A stretch of 64,000 nt of DNA from an uncultured bacterium. GTDB taxonomy: Bacteria; Chloroflexota; UBA5177; JANWHV01. The notes beneath the pieces were generated by a model. It was given only the letters and a program-made list of their open reading frames with translations, was not told the DNA's origin and did no database searches. Shown one piece after another: positions 50,585 through 61,123 of this stretch (its first letter is position 1; each line of letters begins with the position of its first letter). The stretch covers positions 608,001-672,000 of the forward strand of contig CAWHAE010000016.1 in NCBI GenBank assembly GCA_963827235.1. The letters are read 5' to 3'. The translations under genes and the position numbers were made by a program.

Positions 50585-51031
50585 ATGCCGGTATCTGACG
50601 CGGTCGACGCGCTCGGCCTTGCCGGGTGGCTTCTCAAGTTTGCCCGCATCCTGGATCAACAGGTGCGGCAGATCCGGCCGGAGGACGGGATAAACCTCGC
50701 GGAGCTCGGCGTGCTCGGTGCCGTGGCCGCCGGTAGCAACACTCCGTCGGCCGTCGCGCGCGCCGTGCACCTGGATCCGGCCAGGATCACTCATATCTGC
50801 GATCGCCTGGTTGCGCTCGGCTATCTCCGTCGAGAGCTCGACCAGATCGACAGGCGCCGCTGGCGCATGTACCTGACAGCATCCGGCGAGAAGCGAGCCG
50901 ACGATGGGCGATCGGACGTCGATTGCTCAATGCGTCGACTGCTGGTCGGCCTCACGCAGGAAGAGGTCGACGCCATGCTGCGCGCGCTCGAGGGCATCCG
51001 GCGCGTGGTCGTGGCCCACGAGGAATCCTGA
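50585..51031 (+). CDS. MarR family regulator
   Basis: TPS.VA...LD...IT...DRLV..GY..R...DRR....LT..G. Confidence 0.88.
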   Translation: MPVSDAVDALGLAGWLLKFARILDQQVRQIRPEDGINLAELGVLGAVAAGSNTPSAVARAVHLDPARITHICDRLVALGYLRRELDQIDRRRWRMYLTASGEKRADDGRSDVDCSMRRLLVGLTQEEVDAMLRALEGIRRVVVAHEES

Positions 51032-51355
51032 GTCGAGGTAGGGCCGCCTTCGCCATAGATAGCCGTGTTCTACAGAACGTCCTGGCGACTTCGGTTGCAA
51101 CCGTCTGTCGCTTCGGCCCAGTACTGAGGAGGGCGCGGCCTACGGCAGAGGTACGCGTCTGGCTAACATCCTCGCCGGACTTCGCGCCGCTGCGTCACGA
51201 CCGCTCGCGCAAACTGCGGTCTGGTGCCTGTGCGCGGCTCGAGATTGCTACAATGCTACTGGATTGGCACTGCGCCGGGGCGACGCAGTTGAGATGAGCT
51301 AGCGCAGGTAACCCAGACCTCAAGGTGTGACACAACGGCAGGTGGAGACCGGGAC

Positions 51356-51835
51356 ATGTTGGCTACAGAAATGAATCGTACCACGTATTCGTTTTTCTCA
51401 GAGATGACGCCGGCGCAGCAGAGAGTTCTCGAGGAGAGCGGCCAGCCGGTGCAGTTCCCAGGCGGGTGCACGATCGGGCGTGCTGGGGAGCCCGCTTCCC
51501 GTTTCTACATCATCGCGGGCGGCAGCGTGAGACTGCAGGCGTTCGTCTCGGAACGCGGGCCGGTCACGATCGAAGTAGTCTCCGCGGGCGAGCCGTTCGC
51601 TTGGTCGTCTCTCGTGCCGCCGTACCGCCTGCACTACGACATCGTAGCACTAGAGCCCGTAAGCGCCATTGCCTTCGACCCCGCGAGAATCCGCGGCCTC
51701 TGCGCATCGGATCCCGACCTCGGCTGCAGATTCAATGCCAAGCTCGCGGCGCTGATCGGCTCCAGGGTCCAGGCAACTCGCCTGCAGCTTATCGGCACCT
51801 TCATCGGCGACCCGAAAGGCAGGGGCTGGGTATAG
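51356..51835 (+). CDS. Stand-alone cyclic nucleotide-binding domain protein
   Basis: FF..M, GEPA..FYII..G.V, GE.F.WSSL..PY; no HTH. Confidence 0.85.
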   Translation: MLATEMNRTTYSFFSEMTPAQQRVLEESGQPVQFPGGCTIGRAGEPASRFYIIAGGSVRLQAFVSERGPVTIEVVSAGEPFAWSSLVPPYRLHYDIVALEPVSAIAFDPARIRGLCASDPDLGCRFNAKLAALIGSRVQATRLQLIGTFIGDPKGRGWV

Positions 51836-51959
51836 CCCTTGGCCTCGTTGCCCGGTTATCGGACGACAATTCCCACCTGGCTCCGGTATGTGCGCTGTCG
51901 CCGGCGAAGAGGCGCGCGTCCCGGCCGGTCTACATCGCGTCAGGCATGCTGCCTGCTCC

Positions 51960-53291
51960 TCACGCCGTCGGGAGTGTCACCGTGAAGACGGCTCCGTGAG
52001 GCGCGGCATTCGCCGCCTTGATCTGCCCGCCGTGGGCCTGCGCAATCCAGCGCCCGATGGCCAGACCCAGGCCGCCCCCCTCGATGCGCCGATCCCGAGC
52101 AGCCCGGTAGAAGCGCTCGAAGAGCTGAGGTAGATCGTCGGGATCGATGCCCCGTCCGGTGTCTTCTACCTGGAGCGTCGCCTTGCCGCCGTGGCGGCTC
52201 AGCCTCACGGAGATGCAGCCACCCGCCGGCGTGTGCTTCAGGGCATTATCGAGAAGGATGAGCAGCAGCTGGCGCAGTCGAACCGGGTCCCCGATGAGCG
52301 GCAAGGTATCCGGCGCCTCGAGGACCAGGCGTACTTCACGATCCTCGGCAAGCAGCTCGATGCCGGAGACGGCGGTCGCTACCAGCTCCGCCAGATCGAT
52401 TGGCCGGGGCTCGAGGCTCATGGCTCCGCTGTCCGCATTGGCGAGCAGCGCCAAGTCGTCGACCAGCCTCGCCAGGTGCACACTCTCGGCCAGCGCCTGC
52501 TCGAGCGAGGACTGTTGTTCGGATATCTCAGAGCTCTCAAGGCCGAGCTCAGCCGCGGTACGCAGAATCGCCACCGGCGTGCGAAGCTCGTGCGCGGCGT
52601 CGGCCACGAAGTCGCGCTGGCGACGCAGCGCACGCCGTATTGGCTGCAGCGCCCGGCCCACGACCAGGAACGTTATGGCCGCCGAAGCAAGCACGCCGAC
52701 GGCGCTGGCCATCAGAAGCTGGCGCAGCACGTCGTTCACGCTGTCGTCATACTGGCGCATCGAGACGCCGAACTGGGCCACACCAACGGTCGCACCCTCG
52801 TCGGCCAGCACCGTGGTCAGGATCAGGAAACGCGCGCCCCCCGGAGACTTACAGGTGGTGTACTGTTGCCTGTGCGTGGCGAGCACCTCGCGAGCAGCCG
52901 TGGGATCGGGCAGCTTGCCGTTGAACAGCGTGGTCGCGGTCCCCACGAGTTGCAGTCGCGGGTTGGCAACCGTGATGAAGACGCCGCCCAGGGTCAGCTC
53001 GCTCTCTGTCGCCTCCCTCAGGCGGTCGTGGGAGTCCGCGTCGGGCCGCACCGACTCCGCCAGCTGCGGCGCGTTGATCGCTGCCCTCGTGGCCAGTGTG
53101 TCGCGCAGAGACTGTTCCATGGCGGAGCGCGTCGTAACGAACACGATAGCCAGCATGACCACGACGAGCGCCACCAGGGAACCGACGGTGATCAGTGCCA
53201 GCCGCCGGCTCACGCCACCAATGATCGCCCTGTCGGGATCGGCGAGATGGCGATGCTGCGCCGCGGGCTGAGCACCCATCCGCTTACTCAC
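51960..53291 (-). CDS. Membrane sensor histidine kinase (HisKA)
   Basis: 2 TM, FVADAAHELRTP, LLDNALKH, DTGRGI, GLGLAI. Confidence 0.93.
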   Translation of the reverse strand: MSKRMGAQPAAQHRHLADPDRAIIGGVSRRLALITVGSLVALVVVMLAIVFVTTRSAMEQSLRDTLATRAAINAPQLAESVRPDADSHDRLREATESELTLGGVFITVANPRLQLVGTATTLFNGKLPDPTAAREVLATHRQQYTTCKSPGGARFLILTTVLADEGATVGVAQFGVSMRQYDDSVNDVLRQLLMASAVGVLASAAITFLVVGRALQPIRRALRRQRDFVADAAHELRTPVAILRTAAELGLESSEISEQQSSLEQALAESVHLARLVDDLALLANADSGAMSLEPRPIDLAELVATAVSGIELLAEDREVRLVLEAPDTLPLIGDPVRLRQLLLILLDNALKHTPAGGCISVRLSRHGGKATLQVEDTGRGIDPDDLPQLFERFYRAARDRRIEGGGLGLAIGRWIAQAHGGQIKAANAAPHGAVFTVTLPTA

Positions 53292-53298
53292 TCTCGCG

Positions 53299-53967
53299 TC
53301 AGCCCTTGATCAGGTAACCGACGCCGCGAACCGTCTGGATGAGCTGGGTCTCGAATCCCTGGTCCACTTCCTTGCGCAGGCGGAGAATGGCGGCGTCGAC
53401 CACATTCGTGAACGCCTCGTAACCATAGTCCCAGACCCGCTCCAGAATCATCGTCCTGCTGCGCACCCGGCCGGGATTTCGCATAAGGTATTCCAGAAGC
53501 GCGTATTCGCGGGGAGCCAGGTTCAGTTCGCGACCTCCGCGAGTCACCAGATGCGAGACCCGGTCCAGCACAAGATCCGCCACGACCAGCTTGTCCTCCT
53601 CCAGCATGCCGCCACGGCGGGTTATCGCGCGAAGCCGCGCCAGGAGCTCCGCGAAGGCAAACGGCTTGCCGAGAAAGTCGTCCGCTCCGGCGTTGAAGCC
53701 CTCCAGCCGCTGATGAAGCGCGTTTCTCGCGGTGAGCATCAGCAGCGGCGTGGTCGATCCATTCTCGCGAAGTCTTCGCGCTACCTCAAGGCCGTCCATG
53801 CCAGGCAGCGTCAGATCCAGAATTATCGCGTCGTAGGCGTCGCCCTCGGCGTATTCCAATCCTTGCCGGCCGTCGGCGACGTGATCGACGACATGCCCTT
53901 CGCCCCTCAGGCCCTTGCGCAACAGGCCTGCCAGGCGCTCGTCGTCTTCAACAATCAGGAGGTGCAT
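53299..53967 (-). CDS. OmpR family response regulator
   Basis: VEDD, ILD..LPG.DG, GADDF..KPF, LRK.VD...IQTVRGVGY. Confidence 0.95.
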   Translation of the reverse strand: MHLLIVEDDERLAGLLRKGLRGEGHVVDHVADGRQGLEYAEGDAYDAIILDLTLPGMDGLEVARRLRENGSTTPLLMLTARNALHQRLEGFNAGADDFLGKPFAFAELLARLRAITRRGGMLEEDKLVVADLVLDRVSHLVTRGGRELNLAPREYALLEYLMRNPGRVRSRTMILERVWDYGYEAFTNVVDAAILRLRKEVDQGFETQLIQTVRGVGYLIKG

Positions 53968-54037
53968 TGGTATGCTCCCGGCGCAATGCCAGCGTAGAAT
54001 TCATGGTTGCTTATGGCATCCAAGAGACGCTGGTATC

Positions 54038-55096
54038 TTAGCAGATGCGGGGGAGCTGCTCACCGATTTGCACGCTCACCACGCGCGTGGCCCCGATCCC
54101 GGTTGCCGCCACTACCAGGCCCGGATGCCGCGCCACCACGGTGCCGATCGCCGCTGCTTGCCGGCCCAGCGGATGAGCGCGCATACGCGCCAGCACCAGG
54201 TCGGCTGCCTCTGGCGCCACGAATGCCAGCAGCTTGCCTTCATTCGCCACGTGAAGAGGATCCATACCCAGCAGCTCGCAGGCGGACGCCACCGGCGAGT
54301 TGACCGGTATGTCCTGCTCCCTGATTGCGACACCCACGTTGGATGCGCGGGCGATTTCGTTCAGCACGGCCGCCACACCTCCCCGCGTGGCATCGCGTAG
54401 CACATGCACCGGCGCCGCATCCGCGAGCATGGCGGCCACGAGCCCATTGAGCGGGGCGCTGTCGGACACAATGGGCGACTCGAACTCCAGGCCCTCGCGC
54501 ACGCTCATGATCGCCATGCCGTGATCGCCGATCGTGCCGCTGACGATGACCACGTCTCCGGGAATGGCTCGAGCGGGTCCGATCTGAAGTCCATCGGGAA
54601 GAAGGCCAATCCCGCTGGTCGTGATGAATACGCCGTCGCCGTGGCCTTTCTCCACCACCTTGGTGTCCCCGGTGACCAGGCGCACGTCTGCCGCCCTCGC
54701 CGCGGCGGCCATTCGCGTGACGATGTCCCCGAGCACCGCCAACGGCAACCCCTCCTCGACGATGAAGGCGGCGCTCAAATAGAGCGGCCGCGCCCCGCTC
54801 ATCGCAATATCGTTCACGGTGCCGTTCACCGCCAGCTCGCCGATGCTGCCGCCCGGAAAGAAAAGCGGGCGCACTACAAATGAGTCGGTGGAGAATGCCA
54901 GCCGGCCTCCCGGCGCCGGCAGCACAGAGGAATCGCCGAGGTCCTCCAGGATCTCGTTGCGGAAGGCAGGCAGGAAGATATGCTCGATCAGCTCGCTGGT
55001 GAGCTTACCGCCGCCGCCGTGACCGAGGACAATGTTCAGCTGGTCGCGCAGCGGCAAAGGACAGCTCCAGCCCTCGACGTTCAGCGACTCGGTCAT
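54038..55096 (-). CDS. hypE: Hydrogenase maturation carbamoyl dehydratase
   Basis: HGGGG, TDSFVV.PLFFPGG, GDTKVV, DATRGG, C-terminal PRIC; ATGA overlap with hypD. Confidence 0.96.
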   Translation of the reverse strand: MTESLNVEGWSCPLPLRDQLNIVLGHGGGGKLTSELIEHIFLPAFRNEILEDLGDSSVLPAPGGRLAFSTDSFVVRPLFFPGGSIGELAVNGTVNDIAMSGARPLYLSAAFIVEEGLPLAVLGDIVTRMAAAARAADVRLVTGDTKVVEKGHGDGVFITTSGIGLLPDGLQIGPARAIPGDVVIVSGTIGDHGMAIMSVREGLEFESPIVSDSAPLNGLVAAMLADAAPVHVLRDATRGGVAAVLNEIARASNVGVAIREQDIPVNSPVASACELLGMDPLHVANEGKLLAFVAPEAADLVLARMRAHPLGRQAAAIGTVVARHPGLVVAATGIGATRVVSVQIGEQLPRIC

Positions 55097-56202
55097 ACCC
55101 CGGCCTTCTCCGTCTCGGCAAAGCGCCCATACTGGTAGTAGGCCGCGCAGGCGCCCTCGCTGGACACCATCGTGGCGCCGAGCGGCCTCCGCGGCGTGCA
55201 CTCCTTGCCGAAGGCAGCACACTGATGGGGCTTGATCAGACCCTGCAGCACCTCGCCGCTTCGGCAGAGGCTCGATTCCTTGGTATCGATCGCGGTCACG
55301 CCGTAGCGACGCTCCGCGTCAAAGTCCGCGAACTCCGCGCGCAACCGCCATCCGCTGCCGGGAATGGTGCCGATGCCCCGCCAGGTGCGGTCGGTCACCT
55401 CGAAGACCTCCTGCAAGATCCGCTGGGCAGGCACGTTTCCCTGTTCGGTCACCGCGCGCTGGTAGGCGTTCTCGACCTCACCGCGTCCCTGCTCGAGCTG
55501 CAGCACGGCACGCCGGATCCCCTCCAGCACGTCGAGCGGCTCGAAGCCCGTCACGACGATCGGCACGTGGTGGCGCTCTGCGATGTCCATGTACTCTCTG
55601 TAGCCCATGACCGAGCACACGTGCCCGGCGGCAAGGAATCCCTGGACCCGGTGATAGGGGGAAGCGAGAATGGCTTCGATGGCAGGCGGCACGAGCACAT
55701 GGGAAACCAGCATGGAGAAGTTCCCGATGCCTTGCCGGCTCGCCTGCATCACCGCCATGGCGTTGGCCGGCGCCGTCGTCTCGAAGCCGATGCCGAAGAA
55801 TACGACTCCCTTGGCAGGATTCTCACGTGCAATCTTGATCGCGTCGAGCGGCGAATAGACGATGCGGACGTCACCTCCCTGGCTCTTGACCGAGAACAGG
55901 TCTTTGCCGCTGCCGGGCACGCGGAGCATGTCGCCGAAGGAACAGAAGATGACACCGGGCATGGCAGCAATGGCCAGGGCCTTGTCGATGACCTCCAGCG
56001 GAGTAACGCATACCGGGCAACCGGGGCCATGGATCAGCTCGATTTTGGACGGCAGGAGCTGGTCGATCCCGTTGCGGATGATGGAGTGGGTCTGGCCGCC
56101 GCACACCTCCATCAGCGCCCAGTCCCTGGTCGTCACGCGGCGAATGTCGTCCAGCAGGGCCTTCGCCAGCGCGCCGTCCCGGAACTCAGCAAGATACTTC
56201 AC
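55093..56202 (-). CDS. hypD: Hydrogenase maturation protein HypD
   Basis: [28 protein letters not shown]. Confidence 0.97.
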   Translation of the reverse strand: MKYLAEFRDGALAKALLDDIRRVTTRDWALMEVCGGQTHSIIRNGIDQLLPSKIELIHGPGCPVCVTPLEVIDKALAIAAMPGVIFCSFGDMLRVPGSGKDLFSVKSQGGDVRIVYSPLDAIKIARENPAKGVVFFGIGFETTAPANAMAVMQASRQGIGNFSMLVSHVLVPPAIEAILASPYHRVQGFLAAGHVCSVMGYREYMDIAERHHVPIVVTGFEPLDVLEGIRRAVLQLEQGRGEVENAYQRAVTEQGNVPAQRILQEVFEVTDRTWRGIGTIPGSGWRLRAEFADFDAERRYGVTAIDTKESSLCRSGEVLQGLIKPHQCAAFGKECTPRRPLGATMVSSEGACAAYYQYGRFAETEKAGV

Positions 56203-56232
56203 GCGTTCATCCTCTCAGTCCAGGCCTGCCGG

Positions 56233-56481
56233 CTACTCGACGGCCAGATTCTCCTCGAGCACACTCATCTCGCGAAATAGCGCGAGCGACTCCTGCGCGG
56301 ACTGCTCGTCGAGTCTGGTGATCGCGAAACCCACGTGCACGATCGTGTAGTCGCCGATCTCTGCCTCGGGCACGTAGGCCAGACAGATGTCCTTCACGAT
56401 ACCGCCGAAGTTGGCGCGACCCATGCGCACGCCATTCTCCTCGTACACCTCAGTGATCTGCCCGGGAATGCCAAGGCACAT
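56233..56481 (-). CDS. hypC: Hydrogenase chaperone HypC
   Basis: MCLGIPG...GDY.IVHVGFA. Confidence 0.96.
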   Translation of the reverse strand: MCLGIPGQITEVYEENGVRMGRANFGGIVKDICLAYVPEAEIGDYTIVHVGFAITRLDEQSAQESLALFREMSVLEENLAVE

Positions 56482-56521
56482 GGTCGCCGCCTCTCGTTCT
56501 AAGCAACTGAACTGTGAGCCA

Positions 56522-58936
56522 TCACGATTGTGCCACACCCTGGGCTTCCCGGTCTTGCCGAGGCCCGACAGCGCGGCGACCGCCGATTACTGCCTGGCCA
56601 AGCGCCAGACCACCGTCATTAGGCGGCACCTGATGATGTGCGAGCACGGAGAACCCGCTCGACCGGCAGGCCTTTATCGTCTCGGACAACAAACGAGCGT
56701 TTTGAAAAACACCGCCGCTGAGCGCTACTACGTTCAGGCCGTCCGCATCCCGAATACGTCTGGCCATCGCTACCACGACCGAGGCTACCGCGTGGTGGAA
56801 GCGCGCCGCAATGGTAGTAGCCGGCTCGCGGCGGCGAAGGTCGGAGACCATAGCAGCGAGCAGGGGAGCCGGATCGATAAGCAGCGATTCAGAGCCATCC
56901 ACCGGCTCCAGAATGCCGAGCTTGTAGCGTTTCCGCGGTTGGCCGCCCGACTCGGCGCCGCCGATCTCGGCATCGGTTTCCTGCGAGGAGAGCAGCGCTT
57001 CCAGCTCGATCGCCGCTTGGGCCTCGTAGGATACCGACTGCCTGAGGCCGATCAAAGCGGCCACGGCATCGAAGAGGCGACCCATACTGCTGCACGGCAC
57101 GCAGCTCAAACCCGTCTCAAGCTGGTGGGCCAGGACCTTGAGCTCCCACGGTCTGGCCGCTTGAACGGGGGCGAGGTCATCGCGCCACGGGATCCCGGCG
57201 GACCACAGGTAGGCGAGCGCCGACCGGTACGGGTGCCTGATCGCACCGTCGCCGCCGGGCAGCGGCACGTACTTCAGATGAGCGGCGCGGCGGAATCCTT
57301 CATAATCGGCGACCAGCACTTCACCGCCCCATATTGCGCCGTCGAGTCCATATCCGGTTCCGTCGAAGCTGAAACCGATCACGGGTTGCCTGCCGTCGCA
57401 GCCGTGCTCAGCCATCACGGATGCCACATGGGCATGGTGGTGCTGGACCTCGACCAGCGGTATGCCGCGGCTCTCGGCCTCGCGAACGGCCCATTGCCGC
57501 GAGAAATAACCGGGATGCAGGTCGCATACGATGCGTTCCGGCTGCAGATGAAACAGCGCCTGCAGGTGTCCGGCGATCCTGCCGAACGCTTCGAGCGTCT
57601 CCAAGTTCTCCATGTCGCCGATATGCTGGCTCAAGATGGCGTGCCGGCCCTCCGTGATGCAGACCGTGCTCTTCAGCTCGCCGCCAACGGCGAGCACCGG
57701 CAGCACCTCGAAGGGCAGCTGTACCGGAAACGGCGCATAGCCCCGGGATCGGCGGAACGGCGTCTCAGCTCCCTGCACGACGCGCACCACGCTGTCGTCG
57801 CAGGGCACGTGAATGCCGCGGTCGTGCTGCAGAAATACGTCCGCGACCTGGCCGAGCCGAGCACGAGCGCCGGCATTGTCGATCTCTATCGGCGCCCCGC
57901 TCAGGTTGCCCGAGGTCATGACCAGCGGTGTCTCTCCCACGAGCAGATAGTGCAGCGGCGTGTAGGGCAGCATGATGCCGACCGTGTCGTTTCCGGGAGC
58001 GATCGACGGCGCCAGTCCTGCGCCCAATCTTGCCACGATCACAATCGGTCGCTGCGCGCTCTGCAGGCGAGCGGCTTCCGCATCGTCGATCCTGGCGACA
58101 AGGCGCACAGCATCCAGATCGCGCGCCATGATCGCGAAAGGCTTCCCTTCACGACCCTTGCGCGCCCTGAGCATGGCCACGGCGTCCTCGTTGGTAGCAT
58201 CGCAAGCCAGGTGAAAGCCCCCCAGTCCTTTGACAGCGAGGATCGCTCCGAGGCTCAGATGCTCCCGGGCCGCGGCGATCACCTCGGCAGAGTCGCCCCT
58301 CGTCGTGCCCCCGTCGCGCAGCTCCAGCCACACGCGCGGGCCGCACCGCGGGCAGGCGATCGGCTGCGCATGGTAACGCCGATCGGCTGGGTCGCCGTAC
58401 TCCCGCGCGCAGGCTGGACACATGGCAAAGGCCGACATCGTGGTGCTCGGGCGATCATACGGGACGTCGCGGATGATGGTGAAGCGAGGCCCGCAGTTCG
58501 TGCAGTTTATGAATGGATAGAGGTATCGCCGGTCCGCCGGATCGAACAGCTCGCGCAAGCAGTCGGCGCACGTAAAGAGGTCGGCGGAAATCAACGTGCG
58601 CGCGCCGGCCCGCTGTTCCGAAGCGACGATCACAAACGTGGTCTCACCACGCGCGGGGATCGAACGCGACTCGACCGCTTCGACGTGGGCCAGCGGCGGC
58701 GCCTCAGCGACAAGACCCATTTCAAATGCGTCGAGAGACGGCGCCTCACCTTCGACCTCCGCGAACACGCCGTCTCCGTCGTTGCCGACAAAGCCGGAGA
58801 GCGCGAGCCGGTGCGCCAAGCCGTAGACAAACGGCCGGAAGCCGACGCCCTGTACGATGCCTCGCACCCTGATCCGCCTGCGACGCACGGCGGTTGGCAC
58901 TGCCGGGCCGGCCGGCCGATCGGTCCCTGGGTACAT
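56522..58936 (-). CDS. hypF: Carbamoyltransferase HypF
   Basis: GIVQGVGFRP, two Zn fingers, KGLGGFHL, QHHHAH, DGTGYG, SSMGRLFD, NDGGLALGQ. Confidence 0.97.
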   Translation of the reverse strand: MYPGTDRPAGPAVPTAVRRRRIRVRGIVQGVGFRPFVYGLAHRLALSGFVGNDGDGVFAEVEGEAPSLDAFEMGLVAEAPPLAHVEAVESRSIPARGETTFVIVASEQRAGARTLISADLFTCADCLRELFDPADRRYLYPFINCTNCGPRFTIIRDVPYDRPSTTMSAFAMCPACAREYGDPADRRYHAQPIACPRCGPRVWLELRDGGTTRGDSAEVIAAAREHLSLGAILAVKGLGGFHLACDATNEDAVAMLRARKGREGKPFAIMARDLDAVRLVARIDDAEAARLQSAQRPIVIVARLGAGLAPSIAPGNDTVGIMLPYTPLHYLLVGETPLVMTSGNLSGAPIEIDNAGARARLGQVADVFLQHDRGIHVPCDDSVVRVVQGAETPFRRSRGYAPFPVQLPFEVLPVLAVGGELKSTVCITEGRHAILSQHIGDMENLETLEAFGRIAGHLQALFHLQPERIVCDLHPGYFSRQWAVREAESRGIPLVEVQHHHAHVASVMAEHGCDGRQPVIGFSFDGTGYGLDGAIWGGEVLVADYEGFRRAAHLKYVPLPGGDGAIRHPYRSALAYLWSAGIPWRDDLAPVQAARPWELKVLAHQLETGLSCVPCSSMGRLFDAVAALIGLRQSVSYEAQAAIELEALLSSQETDAEIGGAESGGQPRKRYKLGILEPVDGSESLLIDPAPLLAAMVSDLRRREPATTIAARFHHAVASVVVAMARRIRDADGLNVVALSGGVFQNARLLSETIKACRSSGFSVLAHHQVPPNDGGLALGQAVIGGRRAVGPRQDREAQGVAQS

Positions 58937-59321
58937 TGCTCGCGAAACGCCGATTCTCTAGCTGCTGGATTGCAGGTCGCCGGGGCCGGCTGCCCGTGAT
59001 GCAGGATCACCGTGCCCGCGTCTTTCACTGCTTGTACCATACACCGGCGCCATGGCACTGACGAGCCCCGGCATCCCTAGTGCATTCAGGCCACTCTCAG
59101 CAACGGACCGGGTGCGGTGACACCGCGGCACAACGCGAATGCAAACGGCGTGTCTTGATACCTCCCGCCCCACACCCGGCCGATAGGCGGAACACCATGC
59201 GCCGGTCACCGTTTCCCACGACTTGCCGGCGCACGAGCCCGCGCAGCCGGAGGCATGTCGCCATCAGCCATGCCGGCTAAACGGTCGCTCATAGCTGAGC
59301 GCCATCCTGACAACTGCATCT

Positions 59322-59415
59322 GGGACCAGAGGCCCGACGCCTGGGACCAAAACCAGCGCCAATAGGTGAAGCCCGAGGGTGACGTGGACCAGCCATTTTT
59401 CGGGCCGTTTGGCCC
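59322..59415. promoter_or_regulatory. DosR/DevR-type palindromic boxes in the hypF/hdrC divergent promoter
   Basis: GGGAC-CAGA-GGCCC (59322-35), GGGAC half site 59343, GGGCC-GTTT-GGCCC (59402-15). Confidence 0.55.
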
Positions 59416-59615
59416 TAGCCCGGCCCATCAGGGTGGTGTATTCCGAAGCCATATGCATAATGTCCTTTGCGGCGGGGCTGTCCGGCGCGCCCTGCGCAGC
59501 GCGCGGTAAGAGGTTGGAGGGGAGGACATCTTTTAGCCGCCTGTACAGCCAGGGATTCACCCGGGTTCCGGGTAAACAACATGGTTGAGCTCTCCTTTTC
59601 CAAGGAAGCAGAGTC

Positions 59616-60233
59616 ATGAGTTATTCACATGTCGCCAAGCATCAGGAAGACCTCGATCTCGAATTTGGTCGGCAAATAGATTCCCAACTGGGCGGCGAAG
59701 ACCTGTACCGCTGCATACAGTGCGGCACCTGCAGCGGTATTTGCCCGCTCAGCATTTTCATGGACCACACGCCGCGACAGATCATGGCCATGACGCGCGC
59801 CGGTTTCAAGGACGAGGTCCTGTCCAGCAACACGCCCTGGCTTTGCGCGTCGTGCTACGCCTGCACCGTCGAGTGCCCCAAAGAGATCAAGATCACCGAC
59901 GTGATGTACGCCATAAAGCGGGAGGCGATCCGGCGGAAGGTCTACCCCAAGCGCTTTCCCGTGGCAGTTCTGGCAAAGGAATTCTTCAATTCCGTGCGGA
60001 ACACCGGCCGCAGCAATGAGGGGCTGATCCTCACGATGATGTTCCTGAAGACCGATCCGCGAAAGCTGGCCGGCAACGCCATGCTCGGCCTTCGCTTGAT
60101 GCGGCACGGGCGGATGGCGCTACGCAAGGAATCGATGGGCAAAGAGGGACTGCGGCAGCTTCAGGCTATCCTGGCAGCCGTCGAGAAAGCGGATGTGGAG
60201 ACCGGTTCGAACCGGCCAGCGGCGGGGCATTGA
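59616..60233 (+). CDS. hdrC: Heterodisulfide reductase subunit C-like
   Basis: CIQCGTCSGICP and CASCYACTVECP ferredoxin motifs. Confidence 0.92.
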   Translation: MSYSHVAKHQEDLDLEFGRQIDSQLGGEDLYRCIQCGTCSGICPLSIFMDHTPRQIMAMTRAGFKDEVLSSNTPWLCASCYACTVECPKEIKITDVMYAIKREAIRRKVYPKRFPVAVLAKEFFNSVRNTGRSNEGLILTMMFLKTDPRKLAGNAMLGLRLMRHGRMALRKESMGKEGLRQLQAILAAVEKADVETGSNRPAAGH

Positions 60234-61111
60234 CGATGAAATACGTCTACTTCCCCGGTTGCTCGCTAAAGAGCTCCGGCAAAGCGTACGAGGAATCGGT
60301 GCTTGCGGTGTTTGCCAAGCTGGGCGTGCAGCTGCCCGAGCTGCCCGACTGGAATTGCTGCGGCGCCACCTACTACTTTGGCGTGGATGAAGTAAAGGGT
60401 CTGGCCCTGGCGGCACGCAACCTGTGCCTCGCCGAGCAGGCCGAGGGCGAAGAACGCACCCAGCTCGTGACGCCCTGCAGTGCCTGCTACCTCGCTCATA
60501 CCAAGGCGCAGCACTATATGCAGACATACGGCAAAGTCGGCCAAACGATTCAGGAGGGCCTCGGCGCCGCCGGCCTGCACTACGGTGGGCGCGTCGAGGT
60601 GCGCCATCCCCTGGACGTTCTGGTCAACGACATCGGCCTCGACCGGATCAAGGAGAAGGCTACCAAGCCGCTCAAAGGATTGAAGGTCGCCTGTTATTAC
60701 GGCTGTCAAGTCGTGCGACCCTACGCCACGTTTGACGACCGGCGCGATCCCGTGACCATGGACCAGATCCTCCGCACGGCTGGGGCCGACACTGTCGACT
60801 GGTCGCTCAAAGTCCGCTGCTGCGGCGCTTCTCTTACCGGCACCGTCCCGGAAGCAGGTCAATCGCTGGCCGAGGTTCTGCTTCACGAGGCGCGGAAAAA
60901 GGGCGCCAACGTGATTGCCACGGCATGTTCCCTTTGCCAGTTCAATCTCGAGTGTTATCAGGATCAGATCAAGCGTCGCTACGGGAGGCCGGCCGACATC
61001 ACCGTGGCGTACTTCACCCAGCTCCTCGGCCGTGCCCTGGACATTCCCGACCGTCAACTAGGTTTCCAGAGGCTGTTTGTCCCCATGGCGCCGCAGGCTG
61101 CCACTGCGTAA
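60230..61111 (+). CDS. hdrB: Heterodisulfide reductase subunit B-like
   Basis: YFPGC, WNCCG, PCSAC, YYGC, CCG, ACSLC (two CCG domains). Confidence 0.94.
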   Translation: MTMKYVYFPGCSLKSSGKAYEESVLAVFAKLGVQLPELPDWNCCGATYYFGVDEVKGLALAARNLCLAEQAEGEERTQLVTPCSACYLAHTKAQHYMQTYGKVGQTIQEGLGAAGLHYGGRVEVRHPLDVLVNDIGLDRIKEKATKPLKGLKVACYYGCQVVRPYATFDDRRDPVTMDQILRTAGADTVDWSLKVRCCGASLTGTVPEAGQSLAEVLLHEARKKGANVIATACSLCQFNLECYQDQIKRRYGRPADITVAYFTQLLGRALDIPDRQLGFQRLFVPMAPQAATA

Positions 61112-61123
61112 GGAGCCGCCTTT

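Noticed and set aside
56387-58999. 870-aa plus-strand ORF (similarly 26226-27743, 42124-43416, 52147-53309)
   Set aside because: Antisense shadows of hypF, fumC and kinases, typical of high-GC DNA
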